Source: a virus. Taken from it: a stretch of DNA of 64,000 nt. Under the pieces are notes generated by a model. The model saw only the letters and a program-made list of their open reading frames with translations. It was not told the DNA's origin and made no database searches. Both the position numbers and the translations under genes were made by a program. The stretch lies in the IMG/VR virus record IMGVR_UViG_3300042261_001309, positions 1 to 64,000 of that record; one strand, 5' to 3'. Shown here in pieces: positions 44,843-52,871 of the stretch (position 1 is the first letter of the stretch; every line of letters starts with the position of its first letter).

Positions 44843-45931
44843 TTATCGCTTTTGATTCAGCAACAGCTGCCTTACAGCATCCGCTGTTAATGGCGCTGCA
44901 GCCGTGTTTACAGGCTGTGGAGGTGTTGGTGGGGCACCTACAGTAGCCCTAGGAAACGAAGGCTTAGGCATGCCCAAAGCGGCCATAGGATTGGATGCGT
45001 GTTCGGCTTGAATGCGCTCAACAGGCTCTGGCTCTGCTGGAGCTGATGGAATAGCTTGAACAACCGGTTGCTGCACTGGTTGTGGAATGGTCGGCATAAC
45101 CGGATTAATAGGTTGAATCTGCGATGGTGTTGGAATACTACGAGGCACAGCAACTGTAGTGTTGAAATACCCCGCCATGCATTTATCAAACACATCTGCG
45201 GCGTACATAGTCCGCAGCTGTTCTACCAACCATTCCTTTTCAGGATACAGAATAACGTCATCCAAGTTATACAGGTATTCCCAATCTGACAACTCAGTGG
45301 GAAGCTCATAAAACCGTTGTTCCGAAACAGACACAGTCCAAGGATTACTCTTTCCACCAGAACCAGGGGCCAGCTTAAACAGCACCGGCCACGCGGCTTT
45401 GGGATGATTAATCGGAGGATGATGCTGACCGTCAGCAAAACGACCGCGTTGCCACTCGTCGATTTTAGATCCACAGTTATGCACAGGCACGTCCAATACG
45501 TGTGCGCCTAATGTAAGATCACTGGTAAATGCGGCATTAAATAATACCCGTTTCTGAATACGACCAAAAAACGGATAACGCTTACGAGACTGCCCTGACA
45601 TAGGATCAGTTACGTCTTCAATCTTAGCTAGGTTAGGAAAATGCGCCTTAACCTGCGAGCTGAAATAGACTACCGGACAACCGACTTGTGATGATAATTT
45701 AATCTTGGAATCCATACCAAAATTATCTCGAATCTCGTAGGTTTTCCAAGAGACTGCGCGACCATTAGAATCCAGTTTATAAGGAGGCAAAATAAAGAAG
45801 TAAGTGCCTTCTGGATTCTTCTGACTTTTAAAGTCAACAACTCGTACGCCTTCTTTAATTGTTCGACCATAGGCGGAACTTGATGATAGATCTGAGCCTT
45901 CAAAATTTGATGTTGGTTCGTAAACTGCCAT
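44843..45931 (-). CDS. Probable single-stranded DNA-binding protein (gp32-like) with Pro-rich tail
   Basis: FFILPP, CPV and aromatic-rich OB-like N-terminus; adjacent to recA; own terminator. Confidence 0.5.
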   Translation of the reverse strand: MAVYEPTSNFEGSDLSSSSAYGRTIKEGVRVVDFKSQKNPEGTYFFILPPYKLDSNGRAVSWKTYEIRDNFGMDSKIKLSSQVGCPVVYFSSQVKAHFPNLAKIEDVTDPMSGQSRKRYPFFGRIQKRVLFNAAFTSDLTLGAHVLDVPVHNCGSKIDEWQRGRFADGQHHPPINHPKAAWPVLFKLAPGSGGKSNPWTVSVSEQRFYELPTELSDWEYLYNLDDVILYPEKEWLVEQLRTMYAADVFDKCMAGYFNTTVAVPRSIPTPSQIQPINPVMPTIPQPVQQPVVQAIPSAPAEPEPVERIQAEHASNPMAALGMPKPSFPRATVGAPPTPPQPVNTAAAPLTADAVRQLLLNQKR

Positions 45932-45957
45932 AATTTTTAATACTTTCTTTTAATTGT

Positions 45958-46551
45958 TTAGAGATGCATTACTACTGCTTGTTTTGTGTCTTCGGCACGG
46001 AGGTGGTTCAAAAATACCTGAACCATCATTGCCGCTACTATAATAGGTGTTGTGTGCGATTTTTGATTTTGTTTGTCGTAAGGTAATAGGCATCCATGGC
46101 GTTCTTGGCTTTTAAAATTGTAGTATCCTTCAATCTCTTGCTTAGCGCAACTAGAATTAAAAACCCCGAAACTGCGGGATGCGCAACGGCCGTCACATAC
46201 CCATAAATTATCCTGATGTTCATAGACGTAATCAAACAATTTCTTTCTGAAACTGCCTTCGTCTACGCATGAAAAAATATAGTTATAATTCCCAAAATCA
46301 TCTTCAGTCATGAAGCGATCAATAGGATTTACAACAAACTGATTTGATAGCACTACAGCTTTTTTCTTTCCAATGTCTTCGATGGAAAACCGCTGATGAA
46401 GTAGATTATCGATTTCTACTATATCGTTATCGTACAAGTCTATTTCAAAATTATCAGTATCCCATTGTTTACGGTTATAGCCGTAATCATGAAGAATACT
46501 GACCAAGTTTGATCCAAGTCCACCAGCGCCAGCGATACCGATTTTTATCAT
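45958..46551 (-). CDS. ThiF/E1-like adenylyltransferase
   Basis: GAGGLGS, YDNDIVEIDNLLHQ, KK, SCVD, DGR; no Zn CxxC pairs; candidate catalytic Cys in HGCLL. Confidence 0.85.
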   Translation of the reverse strand: MIKIGIAGAGGLGSNLVSILHDYGYNRKQWDTDNFEIDLYDNDIVEIDNLLHQRFSIEDIGKKKAVVLSNQFVVNPIDRFMTEDDFGNYNYIFSCVDEGSFRKKLFDYVYEHQDNLWVCDGRCASRSFGVFNSSCAKQEIEGYYNFKSQERHGCLLPYDKQNQKSHTTPIIVAAMMVQVFLNHLRAEDTKQAVVMHL

Positions 46552-46976
46552 ACTTTGAAAAAGCGTTTACCTATAAACGCATTTAATTGTTTATGCTTTT
46601 GTGAATAAATGAAGTTCATCCCGAAGCCGGGGAACAACCGATAAATATCTATGTCAGAAGGAAAAGCCTGAAATTGCGGATGAGTGTGTATGCTGGAATG
46701 GTTAAACCAACCGTCAAACAATATAGGTAGCACCTTGTCACCGTATTCCCAAGGATCCACTTCATACAACACACGAGCAATAACTGTTCCTGTATGCTTA
46801 TTTGCTAGGCGAATAAACTTAAATTCATCACCTTTAGATAAAATAACTCCGCCAGCTTCCTCAACCGGCGAAGTTAACTTATCTGGCATAGCTATTACGC
46901 ACTGCCGCAAAGCATCGGGTAGAACTAACCGGTTTTTAACTATATACGCACTGGCGAGTTCAGCCGAGGAATTCAT
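46548..46976 (-). CDS. JAB/MPN+ metallopeptidase
   Basis: EEAGGVIL plus HTHP...PSDID complete JAMM motif. Confidence 0.85.
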   Translation of the reverse strand: MNSSAELASAYIVKNRLVLPDALRQCVIAMPDKLTSPVEEAGGVILSKGDEFKFIRLANKHTGTVIARVLYEVDPWEYGDKVLPILFDGWFNHSSIHTHPQFQAFPSDIDIYRLFPGFGMNFIYSQKHKQLNAFIGKRFFKV

Positions 46977-46980
46977 AAGG

Positions 46981-49026
46981 CTAAGCTGCTTTTAACGTAG
47001 ATATGAATGAAACAGCATATTGATCATTAGCCAAGGCCAACAACCTGGAAACCAAGGCATCGTAGCCGACACCTTCATAGCTGTTACCATTTACAATGCA
47101 GATATACTTTCCAGTATCGTGATTCCAAACTTTAAACGGAGGTTCCTTAGATACAAAATAACTGCGTAACTTGCCTTTTACAAGATACCCTTTTTCACCG
47201 TGAGCTTCCGCTTCAGTACAGCCCAACTGCTCAACAATTTCAATTAGCAACTTCTCAGAACGCTGCTTAGCTTTAATGCGATCTGCACAAGCATAGCGAA
47301 TAATAGCCTCTTTTGTGGCGGGAGCGCCGGTTAAATCAGGACAAAATGCGCCTATACCTGCACAAAACTCGCGCTTTAAACGATCTGTTCTAGTAATACC
47401 ATCAGAACGTATACGCGTTTTACGATCGATAGTTTGCAGCCATTGCACACAGGAAGTGAATCGATTAACCTTAAAGTACTTAGGTTCTTCATTTTCAGGC
47501 TTATGAATCAAATACACCTGGTTATCCCGCATAATAAACTTAAGCTTAGGATGCCGAGGAGTCGCAGGACGTTTTAACTCATAACAATCATTATTTGTTC
47601 CTAACGTCTCGAACTTCATGAATACTCCATTAGTAAGAGCATTCCTAGCCAGCAGTGACATATTCTGAACATCCCGCAAAAACAAATTATATTGTTCTAT
47701 GCTGTGATAACATGTCGCATGGTTCAAGACAGCCTTTAACTCAGATTCATTAATACGATAACCGTTAATACGACGACGAGTATCTTTGGTTGAGATACTT
47801 AACGTAATAGGGATATCGTTGATTTTAAACGACACCTCTTTATCCTCTTTGAAGCCTAAGACATTTTTACAGTTAGACGTATCAAAACGGGATTCTGCAT
47901 CTTTATGCAACCGAGTTATATGCGTAGTAACTACATCAGTCACAATATTGTAAATAGTTAGAGGTACATTATCATTACTAGAATTACGATTAACCAACTG
48001 ATGCTTGAGCATTTCAGCTAACCATTCACACTCTACAGATACCGTTTCATAACTTACCTTGTTCTTAGCGATATCCATATCGTCAATTTTAAACGACGCT
48101 ATTTCCCCTGCCATTAACTTGGCGTATAAGGAATTCTTTGCATTGCACATCAATGTATAGGTGATACTTGCAGTAAATACAAAGTAATCCTTAAACATAC
48201 TCTGGACTGACCAAGACGTAGTTTCAGTTTTACCAACTACAGCTACGATTTTTTCCAGCTTCTGTATCTGTGTACGAATAAACTCGCGCTTATTACGTAC
48301 GTCCAGATAAGGAGTATCTTCCAATGGATTATTTTGCAGCTTAGTGCCCGCTAACCCAATCAGTATTAATAACTTATAAATATCGCAGTTTATTTCATCA
48401 AGCGCTAGGGGTATTAGCTTACCTCCGCGTCGATAAAATACCAAGAACCTTCCTTTATCCAAGTAATTATAAATAGGCGAAATATGCGTAGCTACAAACA
48501 CCCCCGGCACGAGTGGTTTGGTACTACCTGCAGGCACCCAAGTGGGATCCTTTACAGCTTCCGTCGATTGCGCTGTTGGTGAAGCCAATATACGGTAAGT
48601 AACTTGGTCTGCCACAACTTCAACCGGGTTATCCGTTATCTTGGTAACGAGCGGCTCGTAAGCAGATCGGGATAAATAATACGAAGAAGCCCAAGCTACG
48701 CTAATACTATCCGCAAATTCTTCTGTATAAACATTTAGCTTCTTAATTTGGGCTAGGGCTACCTTATCATTCCATTTTAACGACAAGCCCGTAAGCCACC
48801 CTATGCTTGTGGTAAATGGCGTTTCCAACCAATCTGAAGTTACATACCCTACCGTTTCGCAGGCGTCTGCAAGTTCTTTGAGTTTATTAATGGAGATCTT
48901 TTCAATTTTATAAGTGGCGAAAAAATCGTTGGAAGAAATTACAATCGATTCGCTAGGGGCCTGGTGAGCTTTTAAAAGCTCTTGGTACATTTGAGCTAAT
49001 TTAATAGAAGATATGGTGATAGACAT
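46981..49026 (-). CDS. 681-aa hypothetical protein inside the Ubl cassette
   Basis: Long ORF between the Ubl and JAB genes; compact C-terminal domain with YICIV and RLLALAND. Confidence 0.75.
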   Translation of the reverse strand: MSITISSIKLAQMYQELLKAHQAPSESIVISSNDFFATYKIEKISINKLKELADACETVGYVTSDWLETPFTTSIGWLTGLSLKWNDKVALAQIKKLNVYTEEFADSISVAWASSYYLSRSAYEPLVTKITDNPVEVVADQVTYRILASPTAQSTEAVKDPTWVPAGSTKPLVPGVFVATHISPIYNYLDKGRFLVFYRRGGKLIPLALDEINCDIYKLLILIGLAGTKLQNNPLEDTPYLDVRNKREFIRTQIQKLEKIVAVVGKTETTSWSVQSMFKDYFVFTASITYTLMCNAKNSLYAKLMAGEIASFKIDDMDIAKNKVSYETVSVECEWLAEMLKHQLVNRNSSNDNVPLTIYNIVTDVVTTHITRLHKDAESRFDTSNCKNVLGFKEDKEVSFKINDIPITLSISTKDTRRRINGYRINESELKAVLNHATCYHSIEQYNLFLRDVQNMSLLARNALTNGVFMKFETLGTNNDCYELKRPATPRHPKLKFIMRDNQVYLIHKPENEEPKYFKVNRFTSCVQWLQTIDRKTRIRSDGITRTDRLKREFCAGIGAFCPDLTGAPATKEAIIRYACADRIKAKQRSEKLLIEIVEQLGCTEAEAHGEKGYLVKGKLRSYFVSKEPPFKVWNHDTGKYICIVNGNSYEGVGYDALVSRLLALANDQYAVSFISTLKAA

Positions 49027-49057
49027 AAAGATTGAGAATGAGAATAAGAGTTAGAAT

Positions 49058-49085
49058 AAAAAAGGGAGAGGCCGAAACCCCTCCC
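49058..49085 (-). terminator. Rho-independent terminator after the Ubl gene
   Basis: GGGAGGGG-TTTCGG-CCTCTCCC-T6 on the minus strand. Confidence 0.75.
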
Positions 49086-49115
49086 ATTAACTGCCAGATT
49101 TTACAGCTTAACTAA

Positions 49116-49706
49116 TTACGCCACTTTAATAACCACTTCTTTGGGGTAGTCAGCGCCCAGCTCATTGATTTTACGAACATTCTGCAAATAGGTGCGCAGG
49201 CTTACTGTAAACTCAAGGAAGTCTACCGGGCAACTTAACGCATCCCGGCTGATAACAATTACGTTCTCACCATCCAGCATAAAGGCATTCTCAAAAGCCT
49301 CAAGCTGATTTAATACCACTTGGGTTTCGTCGTCGACTTCTTCGTCTTCTTCGACCACTTCAGCTTCCATGATGTTAGCCTTTTCCAATGCGGCTAAAAC
49401 GGAAGAAGAAATAATAGCCGCCAATTCTTGAGGATTAATATCTGCACCGCCGAGCAGTTCGGTGCCGAGCGTGACTGTAAGACCGTCAGGCATTTCCTCT
49501 AGCCGCGCACGCAGATCGGCCGTATCTTGATAGATAGCTGGATCTTTTTCGTTAGTGGCAGTGAACATGAACGGATCTTTGCCCAAATAGGGTCGGCACT
49601 TCTTGGTGAGGTATTCTTTAACAATTGCTTCTACGGCGGCGCCAATCTCCATGGCTACGGTATTATCGCCTTCGTGATTCAAGAAACGAACATTGATGTT
49701 TTTCAT
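49116..49706 (-). CDS. Putative ubiquitin-like precursor (87-aa Ubl ending LLGG plus 109-aa acidic extension)
   Basis: ATG at 49706 (MKNINVRFLNHEGDNTV...); strand-strand-helix start and final strand VTLGTELLGG; operonic with JAB and E1. Confidence 0.65.
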   Translation of the reverse strand: MKNINVRFLNHEGDNTVAMEIGAAVEAIVKEYLTKKCRPYLGKDPFMFTATNEKDPAIYQDTADLRARLEEMPDGLTVTLGTELLGGADINPQELAAIISSSVLAALEKANIMEAEVVEEDEEVDDETQVVLNQLEAFENAFMLDGENVIVISRDALSCPVDFLEFTVSLRTYLQNVRKINELGADYPKEVVIKVA

Positions 49707-49713
49707 ATGTTTT

Positions 49714-50439
49714 TTAGTGTATGCGGAATTGAATGTTGCGGAGTTTGATTTTGTCGGAATAAGTAAGGCAAAGCTTGCATTGTGCACACGCACCAAGCTT
49801 AGGTTTATTTTTAACTTTTCCTGTTATTTCAGGACAAGCTATCCACCGCTTACTAATCGGCGGGTTGTTACCCATAAACGCAATGCCTACATTATTATAA
49901 TGACTATATTTGTCGCTTAATTTTTGCGCTTCCTGATAATTTACAGGATCCGCCGAAATGTACAACGCCAAGTTTTTGCATTCAGCCAAAATAGGCACGG
50001 CAAAGAACGACCGGGTGTAAACCCAGAATTTAACTTCAGAATACTTATTAATAACAGCTGCCCAAGCTTTCGCTTCGACTTCTGTCTTTATATCACCACT
50101 ATAACACAAACGGAAATACGGAGCACGACCCTTATCTTTTTTAATAAAACTGACAATCGTCGAATCGAAGATGGCAAACAGCTCGTCAAAGGATTTACCG
50201 GCCAGTAATTCTGTATTAAATAATAACCATTTGCCGACATCCTTGTATGCTTTTATAATGTTATCCATATAACAAGTGAGCTGTTTGCCCCCTACTTTTT
50301 TCAGTGCGAGGCACCCTCCTTTTTCTGAAGTTGCGCCTGGGCATGTTCCTCCGTTTTGCGGGAGACCTGGATTAAACCCTACTGTGTTACAATGCTCAGA
50401 GTAGAATTTAACTTTTGAATTATCTGTAAGGTGTAACAA
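49714..50439 (-). CDS. Gp88-like Cys-rich phage protein
   Basis: TCPGA..C..CY, FRL..SGD, WVYTRS, S.D, CP...C..C..C. Confidence 0.7.
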   Translation of the reverse strand: MLHLTDNSKVKFYSEHCNTVGFNPGLPQNGGTCPGATSEKGGCLALKKVGGKQLTCYMDNIIKAYKDVGKWLLFNTELLAGKSFDELFAIFDSTIVSFIKKDKGRAPYFRLCYSGDIKTEVEAKAWAAVINKYSEVKFWVYTRSFFAVPILAECKNLALYISADPVNYQEAQKLSDKYSHYNNVGIAFMGNNPPISKRWIACPEITGKVKNKPKLGACAQCKLCLTYSDKIKLRNIQFRIH

Positions 50440-50549
50440 TGATTATTCATAGTAATATATTCGCGTAAAACCCTCAGCCTAGCCAAGGGAAAAGGCTTTC
50501 CTTTTTAGAGTTAGAGTTAAGGTAAGTAATGGACGAGAGGACAGGAAGC

Positions 50550-51308
50550 TTAAATAACAGGCTGAGTTTCAGTACCTAAACTACGTAGGCGGGAAAGACG
50601 AGCCTGCACTTTGCTTTTGAATACCAATGATTTATCTGCTGGTGTGGTTTTATTTGCTAATGCCGCCACAGTGAATTTATTAACCGCTAAATTCCAGCGA
50701 TTCTTTACATTTGAAATTTCACGCGCAATACCTTGTGGTGAATCACTAAAATCGATTGCTTGTCTTAATCGATAATCCAGATTGCCTATATATGCATCCA
50801 CATTAGAAGCTGTTCGGCTTAACTCACGTGGAATAGCTAATTCATTGTGTGCAAACCGAGGATTGTTATTCCAAGGGATGCTGTTTTCCACCATAAACAG
50901 ATTGATAGCTCTTAACGCTTCTGGATTCATGTGTGGAATAATCGCCAAATCTACCCGGCTTAATTTAACCAAATCATTTAACGTAGCTATTCCATAACGT
51001 TTTAATGCAGCAATAATACGGCCGTTACAATGCTTATTAACATCAAATACGAAGTTTGATATAGGCCTAGTTAAATCAGGTGTAACTCGTAATTCATCGT
51101 CGTTGGCCTTCATGTACTCCTGCATTTCTCTACAGGTATCTTTAATTTTACGTACATGCTTTAGCACGATTGATTTTTTAAACTCCGATAACTCATGCTT
51201 AGCTGCGTAATCTCTGGCCAACTGTAAGTCGATCTGACAATTAGTTAATTCCGCTGTAAGATCTGTAGCCATTGAAAACAATTCTAACTGGGTTGGTGTA
51301 TCACTCAT
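50550..51308 (-). CDS. Protein containing an RNA polymerase alpha-CTD-like HhH domain
   Basis: RIIAALKRYGIATLNDLVKLSRVDLAIIPHM matches the alpha-CTD pattern R..N.L.R.GI.T..DL...S..DL..IPN.G. Confidence 0.65.
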   Translation of the reverse strand: MSDTPTQLELFSMATDLTAELTNCQIDLQLARDYAAKHELSEFKKSIVLKHVRKIKDTCREMQEYMKANDDELRVTPDLTRPISNFVFDVNKHCNGRIIAALKRYGIATLNDLVKLSRVDLAIIPHMNPEALRAINLFMVENSIPWNNNPRFAHNELAIPRELSRTASNVDAYIGNLDYRLRQAIDFSDSPQGIAREISNVKNRWNLAVNKFTVAALANKTTPADKSLVFKSKVQARLSRLRSLGTETQPVI

Positions 51309-51652
51309 AGGAGAGGTTTGGTTGTTATTTGATGATTAAGCTGTTTTTCTTTGTTAATTTTAGCTGTCGTAAGCTCAGCGTATTGAGGATGTAAACCTAA
51401 GGCTAATTCACTTATATGCATTAAACCAATATGCTGCTGTAGTTCTTTTGGATCCGCTGTACCTAAGCCTACGTTGTATTCATAAACAGTTTTACGAAAC
51501 TTTTCTACTTGAGCTTCAACCGCAGCAATTACGTTGTTTAAATGCGCTAAGTGAATTTCATCTATTTTAACGTATTTAGCTTTTGATTTACTGTAATAAT
51601 AACCGGGCTGATATTGTGTAAATGCCGGCAGAATGGGATATTTAATTTCCAT
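51305..51652 (-). CDS. Hypothetical protein
   Basis: YYSKSK.KY..I....HL.N pattern. Confidence 0.6.
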   Translation of the reverse strand: MEIKYPILPAFTQYQPGYYYSKSKAKYVKIDEIHLAHLNNVIAAVEAQVEKFRKTVYEYNVGLGTADPKELQQHIGLMHISELALGLHPQYAELTTAKINKEKQLNHQITTKPLL

Positions 51653-51654
51653 AT

Positions 51655-52059
51655 TTAAGGTTTGATAGGCAAAACTTCAAATTCGCCTTTTCTGTTTGTG
51701 TACCATATCGTATCGACTTGATAATGTTCCAGCATACGCTGGCAGCCCTCACAAGGCTTAGACATGGCTAGTTGCCCGTTATTGTCCACCCGGATAACCA
51801 CTAATTCATAACCTTTATACGATGCCTTATTGCCCTTTAAACAAGCCTTGAATTCAGCATGTGTGCCTTGCGCTTGGGGATACCTATAGGCGAATTTAAG
51901 ATTATCCGGGTGGGTCTTAGTATTGTTTATTCCAATAGCGACTATTTTATTTTTACGTAGTAGAAAGGCTTGGTGCTTGCACCTATGAGAAGCCTGGGTA
52001 TTTTTTGAAGCATAAGCCAACGAGATTTTAGCCAAGTTCGCCAATGTCTCTTTTTTCAT
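51655..52059 (-). CDS. Zinc-dependent cytidine/dCMP deaminase family protein
   Basis: HAE and SKPCEGC motifs. Confidence 0.85.
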   Translation of the reverse strand: MKKETLANLAKISLAYASKNTQASHRCKHQAFLLRKNKIVAIGINNTKTHPDNLKFAYRYPQAQGTHAEFKACLKGNKASYKGYELVVIRVDNNGQLAMSKPCEGCQRMLEHYQVDTIWYTNRKGEFEVLPIKP

Positions 52060-52871
52060 TTAGATTTAGGCGGCACCGGCGTAATAACCGCTTTTTCTGG
52101 AGAACAACCACGTCGCAAACGCCCGCGAATAGTGTGCGTTGAAATGCCTGTTCGTTTACTCCAACCTGTAATAGACAACGTTACACCATCAACTGTGATA
52201 TTGCGGGCGTGCGGATCTGGGCTATTAGGCCGTCTAGTTACATTCGCGGGAGTAGCTAACGCTTCTTCTGGCGCCCAGCCGTTAGCTATTCTTCTAGCTA
52301 TTTGATTACTTGTAAGCCCTGTCCTTCTGGACCATTCGGCAATAATGCGTGTTTCTCCGTTAGCTGTGATATTTATATTGCGCCTAGTATTGGCAGTTTG
52401 AACACTTCGGTTAGCCCATCTGCAATTTTCTGGTGAATAATCCTTCTCGTTATCGACACGATCGAGAGTTAATCCCAAAACAAACGATGAAAACATATCC
52501 GTCACGAAATTTTCAAATCCTGACAGACCTTGCCATCTGGCACAAACAGTAATACCCCTGCCGCCGTAATGGTGATAATCTGTGTTATTTTTATCGAAAC
52601 ACCGCGATAACATGCTGTGATAAGCTCGATAAAACTTATATTTATGCTTATTTTTTTTAGACAAAAAGCCGTGTTTTCTGTTGGCTGTAAATCTTAGACA
52701 ACCGCAGGATTTTGTTGTTCCACGCAGCAAGTTGTGCCCATAGATTTCTTTTGTATTGCCACAATCACAAACACAGAGATATCTTGTATTTCTATTTATA
52801 TTGGCTGCGCGGTTGAGCACGATTAAACGCCCAAACCGTTGTCCTTCTAATTTATTTAAGCTTACTTCCAT
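52056..52871 (-). mobile_element. Free-standing HNH homing endonuclease
   Basis: GQRFGRL..CVCDCG..KSCGC, YGGRGITVC..W, TLDRVDN..DYSPENCRW, two C-terminal HTH repeats; overlaps the polA stop. Confidence 0.85.

Noticed and set aside
45958-46976. CBASS type II (Cap2/Cap3) or thiamine/molybdopterin operon
   Set aside because: No CD-NTase, effector, E2 fusion, ThiG/MoaE or cysteine desulfurase is recognisable nearby
49707-49796. N-terminal 30 aa of the tracked 226-aa ORF
   Set aside because: It overlaps the Gp88-like gene; the ATG at 49706 just after that stop is the more plausible start
49030-50530. Short purine-rich repeats (GAGAAT, TTAGAG) in two intergenic gaps
   Set aside because: Only 2-3 imperfect copies in low-complexity leaders; not a CRISPR or iteron array
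52056-52871. Group I intron or intein splitting polA
   Set aside because: PolA motifs A-C are all in one ORF ending at 52862; the HNH gene is free-standing downstream
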